A DNA stretch of 53,831 nucleotides from Candidatus Curtissbacteria bacterium (GTDB lineage: Bacteria; Patescibacteriota; Microgenomatia; Curtissbacterales; GWA2-41-24). Both the position numbers and the translations under genes were made by a program. This document shows, piece after piece, positions 7,822 through 15,096 of this stretch; the stretch's first letter is position 1; every line of letters starts with the position of its first letter. The notes below the pieces were generated by a model that searched no databases, was not told the DNA's origin, and saw only the letters and a program-made list of their open reading frames with translations. Location of the stretch: contig JACPEV010000019.1 in the NCBI GenBank assembly GCA_016183325.1, positions 1-53,831 on the forward strand. Reading direction: 5' to 3'.

Positions 7822-9201
7822 TTAAAGAAGACAAGCTGGAACTGAATATATTTTCGTCTTTTTCTTGGAGATCACCCCTGCCTCTTGCCAGTTGACAATC
7901 AGGCTTAAAGAGGGGTCGTAGGCGTCAAGAAAACTCAAGAGAGAGCGGCTGATTTTAGGGGTTTTCTTGACATCGACGGGGATGATTTTTTCTTTTAGTA
8001 CAAAATCAACTTCCGCTTTTGCAGTAGTCCGCCAAAAGGCAAGGGGTTCATGCTTTAAAACCAGAAAAGTATAGTTTTCTAAAAGTTGGCCAAGTTCAAT
8101 GTCGTCGAAGTCAAACTTATGCAAAAGAGCGTTTCTTAATCCTAAATCAAAAAAGTAATATTTAGGGTTCTTTTTTAACTCTGTAACCAGATTTCTATGA
8201 AAAGGGTTGATTTTGCCTACCACATAGGTTTGTTCAAGAATAGAGAGAATACTTTTTAGCTCTTTGAAATAAACTGATGCAAATTGTCCTAAGTCGTTAA
8301 AGTTAACAACCGACCCTGAAGTTTCCGCCAGGTATTTAAGAACCAGCAAGACTTTCTCTTTGTCTTTAATGCCATATAGCCTTGATATGTCCTTTTCAAT
8401 ATATGTAGTAAAGATATTATTAAGAAGAACCTTCTTTTTTCCCTCTTCATTTTCTTTTACCACTGCTGGGTAGCCCCCAAAAGTCAGGTATTGTTTTAGG
8501 AAGTTAGAAAGCTCGATTTTGAAAAGTGAATCGGCAAGACCCGGCTTTTGAAAAGAAAATTTGCGGGCTTGATATTCTTGGTACAATCTTTTGTCTTTCG
8601 AACGCATCACCTCGGCAAATGATAGCGGATAAAGCTCAAAAAAGAGGGCTCTACCAACCAGATATGCTCCAAGTTGGGCAAGATCAAGAGTGGATGAACC
8701 TGAAATGACAAACTTGACTTGGGGATAGGTGTCATAAAGAAGTTTTAGGACCTGACCGCCATTTTTTATGTATTGGGCTTCGTCGATGAAGAAAAATAGT
8801 TTATCCGCCTTCGCAGAAAACCACGATCGTGAGATCGTGGATGAATGCGAAGCATTTTCCGCTTCGGCGGGATTTCGCTCCCGACGAAGCGAGCGGAGAA
8901 GATACCCCGTGCGTAAGCTCGGGGGAGCTTCATCTTTGTCCCGCAGGTAAAATTCAAGATATTGTTTGGGATTTTTCTCGATCTTTTGCTTTTCTAGTTC
9001 GTCTTCTAGATTCACGAATTCGAAGTGTGCCGTTGGTGATTTTTTCTGCAAAGACATTGCTATCTTGGCCAATAGGGTTGTTTTGCCGCTTTGTCTTGGA
9101 CCGCGAACAACTATAATTTCTCGGTTATCAAGAAAATCGAAAATCGTTTTTTCTAGATCTCTTTCAATGTAATCTTTAGGAATAAAGCTATTTAAATTCA
9201 T
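7822..9201 (-). CDS. AAA+ ATPase of the AAA_14/DUF4143 (COG1373) type carrying an extra ~40-aa GC-rich insert
   Basis: Walker A GPRQSGKTT and Walker B FFFIDEAQ. C-terminal ...ENYTFLVLKH...FWRTTAKAEVDFVL is typical of DUF4143. The insert between the Walker motifs is encoded by 8806-8932. Confidence 0.8.
   Translation of the reverse strand: MNLNSFIPKDYIERDLEKTIFDFLDNREIIVVRGPRQSGKTTLLAKIAMSLQKKSPTAHFEFVNLEDELEKQKIEKNPKQYLEFYLRDKDEAPPSLRTGYLLRSLRRERNPAEAENASHSSTISRSWFSAKADKLFFFIDEAQYIKNGGQVLKLLYDTYPQVKFVISGSSTLDLAQLGAYLVGRALFFELYPLSFAEVMRSKDKRLYQEYQARKFSFQKPGLADSLFKIELSNFLKQYLTFGGYPAVVKENEEGKKKVLLNNIFTTYIEKDISRLYGIKDKEKVLLVLKYLAETSGSVVNFNDLGQFASVYFKELKSILSILEQTYVVGKINPFHRNLVTELKKNPKYYFFDLGLRNALLHKFDFDDIELGQLLENYTFLVLKHEPLAFWRTTAKAEVDFVLKEKIIPVDVKKTPKISRSLLSFLDAYDPSLSLIVNWQEAGVISKKKTKIYSVPACLL
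8806..8932. repeat. GC-rich hairpin-rich segment inserted in frame in the ATPase gene
   Basis: Hairpins ccacgatcgtgagatcgtgg (8821-8840), cgcttcggcg (8860-8869, UUCG loop) and gctcgggggagc (8917-8928). Much higher GC than the flanking CDS. Confidence 0.6.
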
Positions 9202-9247
9202 ATCTTTTCAATATTAATAGCATTGAAATTGAAAGTCAAGAAGAGCA

Positions 9248-9433
9248 ATATATTTTTCAGGTGTCTCAACTTGGCACGTCTCAACAATTGTCGCTCGGAT
9301 AGGTCACGACTATTTTGCGGCATTTCTAACCCTTATTTGGCTCTTTTTCTTCTGGTGGTTCTCGTATAGTTTCGTGTTGGAGGAGAAAAGGGTAGACTTA
9401 GGAACTAAGGATTCAGCTCGACCTGTCGGTTGA
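9248..9433 (+). pseudogene. ~60-codon remnant of a diverged exosortase gene 3' end
   Basis: Translates ...YFSGVSTWHVSTIVARIGHDYFAAFLTLIWLFFFWWFSYSFVLEEKRVDLGTKDSARPVG*. It aligns to the live gene from YYFGQLPATIIHDYGSILAFIAWLFFFWWFSYAFVLEQ. Nucleotide differences are mostly synonymous. Confidence 0.7.
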
Positions 9434-9617
9434 GTTTTGGTCCCCGCACAGACCTTACTTGCTCCCCGGGTTACCATACGGTACCCGGCGTCGCAAGGGC
9501 GGTTATGCGGGGCAAGCCCCAAAGTATACTTACCTCCTCCCGAGGTCTACGGGAAACCACGTGGGGTATCCCACTGTGGCGTCCTCGCGTCGGAGGAGCG
9601 TAACTTCGGGGCAAGGG
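9434..9617. other. GC-rich, highly base-paired ~185-nt segment (candidate structured RNA or non-autonomous element)
   Basis: Nested complementary pairs: 9442-9448/9506-9512 (CCCCGCA/TGCGGGG), hairpin 9466-9488, 9533-9540/9592-9598 (CCTCCTCC/GGAGGAG), 9541-9545/9583-9587, hairpin 9557-9579. Flanked by TTCTCGTATAGTTTCGTG (9359-9376) and TTTTCGTATAGTTTTGTG (9618-9635). Confidence 0.4.
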
Positions 9618-9709
9618 TTTTCGTATAGTTTTGTGGGGTTGACAAACAACCCATGCTTACTTAGACTGATAGTAAGATAATTTCTTACTAATAGTTTACA
9701 ATTGTGCCT

Positions 9710-10237
9710 ATGAAGCGAAGCTTGATTCTTACTCTTTATCAGTCAAAGAGAACTGTTTTTACTCTCAATGAAATAGCCTTAATAACCGGTGAACTTAATA
9801 GGAATAACCTAAAGGCAAGGCTTCACTATTATGTAAGACGCGGCTTGTTGAGAAATGTAAGAAAAGGGATATACGTCAAGGAGGAGTACGAGCCTTTTGA
9901 ACTCGCTACCAAGATATATACTCCTTCTTATATCTCTCTTGAGTCTGTTCTTGAAAAAGAGGGGGTCATCTTCCAACATTATTCGACAATTTTCGTGGTG
10001 AGCTACTTGACGCGGAAAGTGTTGGTCGACGGCTTGGAAATCCAATATAGGAAAATCAAAGAAAGGTTACTTCTTGACTCTCAAGGAATCATCAACTTGG
10101 TGAGTTACTCAATTGCATCGCCTGAGAGGGCCTATTTAGATGCCCTGTATCTTTACCATAATTATCATTTTGACAATCTTGAGGCTTTAGATAAGAAAAA
10201 GATTGAAGAACTAAAGACCCTATACAAAAATGATTGA
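9710..10237 (+). CDS. abiEi: AbiEi-family antitoxin/transcriptional regulator
   Basis: N-terminal wHTH-like VFTLNEIALITGELNRNNLKARLHYYVRRGLLRNVRKGIY. 8-nt overlap with the downstream AbiEii gene. An alternative GTG start lies at 9704. Confidence 0.7.
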   Translation: MKRSLILTLYQSKRTVFTLNEIALITGELNRNNLKARLHYYVRRGLLRNVRKGIYVKEEYEPFELATKIYTPSYISLESVLEKEGVIFQHYSTIFVVSYLTRKVLVDGLEIQYRKIKERLLLDSQGIINLVSYSIASPERAYLDALYLYHNYHFDNLEALDKKKIEELKTLYKND

Positions 10238-10922
10238 CGTTGACAAACATAAGTTTATCCTAATCCAAATCTTAAAAGACATTTATACAGATAAGGACTT
10301 AGGACCAATTCTTGGGTTCAAAGGAGGTTCGGCAGTTTACCTTTTTTATAATCTTCCAAGATTCTCCGTCGATTTAGATTTTAGTCTTTTGAATGAACGC
10401 AAAAAGAAAGTGGTTTTTGAGAAAGTTAAAGAGATTCTTGTCAGGCACGGAAGATTGAAAGAAGTTAGAGAAAAGAGGTTCACACTTTTTTACCTTCTTT
10501 CTTATGACGAAAAATTAGCAAATATAAAAGTTGAAATTTCCAAAAGAAAATTTCCTGACCAGTATGAGGTTTTGAACTATCTCGGAATCCCAATGCTGGT
10601 TATGAAGAGGGAGGATATGGTCGCCCACAAATTGGTGACTCTTCTTGAGCGAAAAGAAATTGCCAATCGAGACCTTTTTGATCTTTGGTACTTTTTGAGT
10701 CATAAATTTCCCATAAACCGCGAGTTAGTTGAGTTTAGAACCAGGGAAAAATTCGATGAGTACTTTAATAAGTGCATAAAGGTGATTGAGAGGGTAGATG
10801 CGAGGTACATTCTACAAGGATTAGGAGAAATTCTGGATGATAGACAAAAAGCCTGGGTTAGACAAAATCTTAAAAAGGAGCTTCTATTTTTAATGAAATT
10901 TTACCTGACTCAGTCGGCCTAA
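10230..10922 (+). CDS. abiEii: AbiEii/AbiGii-family nucleotidyltransferase toxin (DUF1814)
   Basis: LGFKGGSAVYLFYNLPRFSVDLDFS matches the GG(T/S)AL...RFSxDLDF signature. Size and partner gene fit the family. Confidence 0.8.
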   Translation: MIDVDKHKFILIQILKDIYTDKDLGPILGFKGGSAVYLFYNLPRFSVDLDFSLLNERKKKVVFEKVKEILVRHGRLKEVREKRFTLFYLLSYDEKLANIKVEISKRKFPDQYEVLNYLGIPMLVMKREDMVAHKLVTLLERKEIANRDLFDLWYFLSHKFPINRELVEFRTREKFDEYFNKCIKVIERVDARYILQGLGEILDDRQKAWVRQNLKKELLFLMKFYLTQSA

Positions 10923-10927
10923 CCGGT

Positions 10928-11069
10928 TTGGCTCTTTTTCTTTTGGTGGTTTAGTTATGCTTTTGTGCTGGAACAGGCAGAGACTGTAGATGGTAGAAAG
11001 TAGAAGATAGGAGAATGAGAATAGAGAATGGAAGTTAGATAGAAATAAGTGGAAAACGTTTTGATAATT
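10928..11069. repeat. 142-bp direct repeat, copy 2
   Basis: Identical to 7526-7667. Begins 6 bp after the AbiEii stop. Confidence 0.9.
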
Positions 11070-11071
11070 TG

Positions 11072-11101
11072 GGCAGTTTTGTGTTGGAAGAGAGATTGTA
11101 A
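11072..11101 (+). pseudogene. short displaced remnant of exosortase gene end
   Basis: Translates GSFVLEERL*. Directly abuts repeat copy 2. Confidence 0.45.
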
Positions 11102-11206
11102 TGTTGATAATGCGAATTAATACGAGTTAGAACGACGTGTAGCATTTTTTGATTCCGATGGCACATTGGTCGTTCTCGCGAATTTATGCGAATAGTAACA
11201 AGTTCC

Positions 11207-11320
11207 TTACTTTTTCTTTCTGAGAAGGGTGGGGAGAGCGACTAAGACTAATGCTAATAAGAGAATTGCTCCTGTGAGATAGAACTGAACTAGTACGATA
11301 TCGGTTTGGTTAAAATTCAT
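11207..11320 (-). CDS. possible 37-aa single-TM peptide translationally coupled to the upstream small ORF
   Basis: My own translation: MNFNQTDIVLVQFYLTGAILLLALVLVALPTLLRKKK*. ATGA start/stop overlap with 11317-11523. Below the ORF-track size cutoff. Confidence 0.3.
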   Translation of the reverse strand: MNFNQTDIVLVQFYLTGAILLLALVLVALPTLLRKKK

Positions 11321-11523
11321 GTTTTAATTCCTTTTAGAATTAATATAGAGCTAGACCAAGATGCAATAGTTGCAATCAAGCCTAATATTACAATCTTTAG
11401 GCTGGGTCTGTCAACGCCAAGGAAATAGGGCACAACTAGGGAAGCAAAGAATAATAAACCTAAGTTGCCGCAAATTTCGGAAATGCGATTTAGCTGATTG
11501 GGATTAAGTCTAGGAAAATACAT
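11317..11523 (-). CDS. small two-TM membrane protein, unknown function
   Basis: 68-aa hydrophobic ORF. Weak similarity to 6807-6992. Confidence 0.45.
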   Translation of the reverse strand: MYFPRLNPNQLNRISEICGNLGLLFFASLVVPYFLGVDRPSLKIVILGLIATIASWSSSILILKGIKT

Positions 11524-11534
11524 TTTTTAAGTAT

Positions 11535-11640
11535 ACAGGACTTATGCAGTGTTTCCAAAATTAGCTTCAGATTCTGGACAAGTCCTAGACCCGGACCTTA
11601 GGGCCAGAATGACAGTCAGGCACAAAGTGCGTATGTCCTG
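11535..11640. mobile_element. MITE-like palindromic element (family with ...CCAGAATGACA core)
   Basis: Ends CAGGACTTATGC / GCGTATGTCCTG are inverted. The 54-bp core at 11561-11614 recurs at 20037-20090 with 1 mismatch. Confidence 0.5.
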
Positions 11641-11722
11641 AGATTGTCAAAAAGATTTAATTATTGCATTGTTATATTGCTTCATTGTTAAATTGTTAAA
11701 TTGCTTTATTATTCAATAAGAA

Positions 11723-13597
11723 ATGATATATCCGGCTCAGACTTCTCTTATTCCAGTAACAGTTGCTTTGGCAAAGTGGGTTGAGGCGCATGGATTTGGT
11801 GGACTTTATCCCTATTGGTATTTAGGGACGACGCCGGTGAAATATCTAATTGGGCCGGTTGTGCCTTCGATTTTGGTGGGGCTTCATAAGATTTTGCCGC
11901 AATCATCTTATTTTGATTTGTCCATTTACTATTTACTATTTTCTATTTTCTTTTCTTCTGTCGGTTGGGGAGTGCTGGTCTGGAAATTGTCAGGGAGTAG
12001 GGTGATGGGGGTGATAGGGGCAGTAGGGGTATTTTTGATGCCGTGGCATTGGGTGAGCGCCTTAGCGTTATCAGAATTGTCGGCGGTTGCGGCGGGAGCG
12101 CTGACGCCGTGGGTGTTATGGATGTTTGCCAGGTATCAAGAGGCTCGGGGTCCTGCCCGCGACAGTTCGTCAGAAGGTAAAGGTAAGGAAGCCCGTATCG
12201 ATATGGATGTAGGTGTGAGTGTCGCAGCCCGTATGGGTGTTGGTCAACGTCAAACGTTAAACGAAAACGAAACTGGCAGCGACAACCCAAAACGACAACC
12301 AAACCCAAACAGGCATCCTAACCTTAACCTAACTACTATTGTTCCAGTTGCTTTCGCTTTTGCTTTGTTGCTTTTAACAAATGCTGTTGCTTCGATTCCT
12401 GCTGTAGTGGGAATGGGGATACTTTCAATTTTCAATTTTCAATTTTCAATTTTCAATTTAAGAGTAGAAGACAGGTTAAAAAGATTGGGATTGGTGATTT
12501 TAGGCGGCGGGTTAATCGCCACTCTTTGGTATGGGCCAGGTTATTGGTGGACAATCGCAACTTCACCCTCAATAGGTGGCAGGCCGGCGGTGAGTGCTTT
12601 TGTTAACTTAATAAACCTTATGAGAGGGTTTGTACCAGTTATTTTGGCCGTAGTTTTGGTATTTTGGGGATTGCGGCCTAAAGGAGTTTATCAAAAGTTT
12701 ACCTATATGTGGCTTTCAATTTTCGGACTATTGACTCTTTTTAGGTTTATGGCCGATTTCGATTTTTGGACGGACTGGACGGCGTGGGTAGGGGAAGTGG
12801 AGGTAGGCTTGGCGCTTTTAGCAAGCACAAGAATTTCAAATGTCAAATTTCAAATAACTCGGGGTCCTGTCGGCAGCTCGTCCCACTCGACGTCCTCGGT
12901 CAATTCTAGCTCGAAACATGATCGTAACCATACCTTTGACCTGCGGGCGCTCAGCGGGACCCCCTCCGCTGCCGCCACCCCTCGCGGAGTTTATCCTGAG
13001 CTCGTCGAAGGGTCATATTTCTTACGGTGGCTACCTTCGCTCCTTGACACGAAGAAAACTATTTACCTTTTACTCTTTACAATTTACCTTCTCGTCGGCT
13101 GGTTTTTAGCTTATCAGCATCGGGATTTTTGGCTGCCACGGACAGATATTGAGAATACTGTGGAATATAGGATTGCAAAATGGCTGGAGGGTAATGCAAC
13201 GGGTCCTGTCAGTCGAGACAGTGGGGGAAATTGGGGAAGTATGGGGAGTTTGGGGAAACGGTCTCTTGTTTTCCTTTCCGGAACGACGGCTTTTTGGTTG
13301 AATAGCTTTGTGGATATTGCCCAAGTGCGCGGCGGAGTCGATCAGGCGTCGGTTGATCCTTCGACAGGCTCAGGATGGCGACAGGCAGCCTGGGAGATTA
13401 GGGAAGGTGTGATCACAGAAGGCACAGAAAGAACTCTGAAGGCACTGAGAATTAATTATATTGTCGTCCACACGCAGGCTTCAAGCGAGTTTTATCATGA
13501 TTTTGTCTATAGCGCAATTTTTGAGAAAGCGCCGTATTTGCAGAAAGTATATGATGATGCGGGAGACAGGATATATAAAGTAACAATTGACAATTGA
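11723..13597 (+). CDS. polytopic membrane protein related to the YfhO-like GT-C paralogs, riddled with in-frame repeat insertions
   Basis: Shares YWYLGTTPVKYLIGP (W-x-x-G-x-P) and ...FWLNSFVDIAQVRGGVD... with the 24440, 28813 and 32715 proteins. Contains three GC-rich inserts and a heptad array without losing frame. Confidence 0.6.
   Translation: MIYPAQTSLIPVTVALAKWVEAHGFGGLYPYWYLGTTPVKYLIGPVVPSILVGLHKILPQSSYFDLSIYYLLFSIFFSSVGWGVLVWKLSGSRVMGVIGAVGVFLMPWHWVSALALSELSAVAAGALTPWVLWMFARYQEARGPARDSSSEGKGKEARIDMDVGVSVAARMGVGQRQTLNENETGSDNPKRQPNPNRHPNLNLTTIVPVAFAFALLLLTNAVASIPAVVGMGILSIFNFQFSIFNLRVEDRLKRLGLVILGGGLIATLWYGPGYWWTIATSPSIGGRPAVSAFVNLINLMRGFVPVILAVVLVFWGLRPKGVYQKFTYMWLSIFGLLTLFRFMADFDFWTDWTAWVGEVEVGLALLASTRISNVKFQITRGPVGSSSHSTSSVNSSSKHDRNHTFDLRALSGTPSAAATPRGVYPELVEGSYFLRWLPSLLDTKKTIYLLLFTIYLLVGWFLAYQHRDFWLPRTDIENTVEYRIAKWLEGNATGPVSRDSGGNWGSMGSLGKRSLVFLSGTTAFWLNSFVDIAQVRGGVDQASVDPSTGSGWRQAAWEIREGVITEGTERTLKALRINYIVVHTQASSEFYHDFVYSAIFEKAPYLQKVYDDAGDRIYKVTIDN
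12423..12457. repeat. 5 x TTTCAAT tandem heptamer inside the CDS
   Basis: tttcaat repeated five times exactly. Encodes SIFNFQFSIFN. Confidence 0.95.
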
Positions 13598-13624
13598 CAA
13601 TTGACTATTGACCATTGACAACTG
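13584..13624. repeat. CAATTGA heptamer array (TTGACA boxes phased every 7 bp) spanning a stop codon and the intergenic region
   Basis: caattga x3, ctattga, ccattga, caactg. The stop of 11723-13597 (..TIDN*) lies inside the array. The next gene starts at 13651. Confidence 0.9.
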
Positions 13625-13650
13625 CGAAATATGAACAATGAACTAAGAGC

Positions 13651-15096
13651 ATGAATCAAAGAGAAGTTTTAAAGAAAAAAGTCGCCTCCGGGGCACTGGT
13701 GCTGGGAGTCAAGCGGATTTTAATCCAAGGAATTTTTTGGCTCAGCAACATTTTTTTGGCTAGGCTCCTGTTTCCCTCTGACTTTGGTGTTTGGGGAATT
13801 ATTGTCTATGTAGGAACGATACTTTTGGTTTTTTCTGATTTAGGCATGGTGCCTGCCCTAATTCAAAAGAAAGAAAAGTTGCAAGAGGACGATGTTCAAA
13901 CAGCTTTTACATTTCAGTTAATCCTGGCGCTAATTTTGGTGACAGTGATGTTTTTGATTTCGGGGCCGATTGCTAATTTTTACAATTTAGGCGAAAGCGG
14001 CCAGTTTTTGATGGTTATCTACAGTTTGCTTTTTGTCGTCGGGCCCTTTCGCCAAATACCGGCTGCAATACTAGAGCGGAACTTGGATTACAAAAGATTA
14101 GTCGCAGTTGAGCTTGCGACATTGGTTGTCAGCTCGCTTTCAACTGTCAGTTTGGCATTTTTAAAATTTGGGGTCGCAAGCTTTGTTTTGGGATTAATCA
14201 TCGGCCAAATAACCGCCGCCGGGCTTTATTTTTTAATTTCCCCTTGGCCAGTAGGGTTGTTCTTCAGTAAGCGTCATTTTTTAAATTTAGGCAAATTTGG
14301 CGCGCCATTTCAACTCAATATGATCATGGGCTTATTTTATGGCCCTCTGATTCTGTTGTATCTTGGCAAAATTGTCGGTTCAGTGAATTTGGGATTTTAT
14401 CAGTTTGCGGCTAGTATTGCGGTTTTTCCGCTGGCCACAGCGGAGATTGTTAATCGCATAGTCTTTCCTCTTGGTTCAAGAATCCAGCAAGACAAAATAT
14501 TTTTCAGAAAAATCATCGAGCGATCAGTGACGATAGTTTCGATTTTATCCCTGCCGGTTATTTTGGCAATGCTTTCAGCAGCCAGGGAAATTGTGCACTT
14601 TATCTATACTGACCGCTGGCTGGCGGCGCTGCCGGCAATTTACATTGGGCTTTTGCAGATCGGCATAATGGCCTACAGCGGAGTTTTTGCCCAATTGCTT
14701 TTGGCTCGCGGTCAAGCAGGCGTGATTCGCAATATGGGAATAGTCTTTGCGATTTTGACTTGGATTTTGGGGCCGCCTTTAATTGGCTTATTTAATTTTG
14801 TGGGCATGAGTATGGCCGGTTTTTTGATCTCGGCAAGCGGCATCTGGTTGATTTTCAGGCTAAGGCGGGAAGTTGAGTTTGCTTTTTGGGAGAATTTTTA
14901 TCCCTATTTGATAAGCGCGCTTGCATCGGGACTTTTGATTTTGGTGGTTAATAACTTATTGCCCAAACAGATCTTGAGCCTGATTTTTGCCTTGATTTGT
15001 GGCGCCGTTTTTTACTGGGGGCTGTTGATTGTCTGGCGAGGGCGAGTGCTTTTGGAAAATTTTAAGGCACTAGTTTTGGCACTAGTCAAAAGCTAG
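13651..15096 (+). CDS. Wzx-like oligosaccharide flippase (MOP/polysaccharide biosynthesis protein family)
   Basis: About 12-14 TM helices. N-terminus SGALVLGVKRILIQGIFWLSNIFLARLLFPSDFGVWGI is typical of the Polysacc_synt family. Confidence 0.75.
   Translation: MNQREVLKKKVASGALVLGVKRILIQGIFWLSNIFLARLLFPSDFGVWGIIVYVGTILLVFSDLGMVPALIQKKEKLQEDDVQTAFTFQLILALILVTVMFLISGPIANFYNLGESGQFLMVIYSLLFVVGPFRQIPAAILERNLDYKRLVAVELATLVVSSLSTVSLAFLKFGVASFVLGLIIGQITAAGLYFLISPWPVGLFFSKRHFLNLGKFGAPFQLNMIMGLFYGPLILLYLGKIVGSVNLGFYQFAASIAVFPLATAEIVNRIVFPLGSRIQQDKIFFRKIIERSVTIVSILSLPVILAMLSAAREIVHFIYTDRWLAALPAIYIGLLQIGIMAYSGVFAQLLLARGQAGVIRNMGIVFAILTWILGPPLIGLFNFVGMSMAGFLISASGIWLIFRLRREVEFAFWENFYPYLISALASGLLILVVNNLLPKQILSLIFALICGAVFYWGLLIVWRGRVLLENFKALVLALVKS

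Noticed and set aside
9434-9617. The GC-rich structured segment as a known RNA (group II intron domain V/VI, SRP, 6S, tmRNA)
   Set aside because: The 9466-9488 hairpin superficially recalls domain V but lacks the AGC triad, bulge geometry and length. There is no GGAA/AGCA SRP loop and no tRNA-like end. It is left as an unknown structured element.
9310-9680. Track ORFs 9310-9522(-), 9437-9628(+), 9459-9680(+)
   Set aside because: They overlap each other in a GC-rich hairpin region where stops are rare by composition. Their products are Arg/Gly/Pro-rich and low-complexity.
13584-13624. Heptamer arrays (also 21934-22028, 37773-37800, 12423-12457) as CRISPR arrays
   Set aside because: The period is 7 bp with no spacers. 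CRISPR repeats are 23-48 bp separated by unique spacers, and no cas genes are present.
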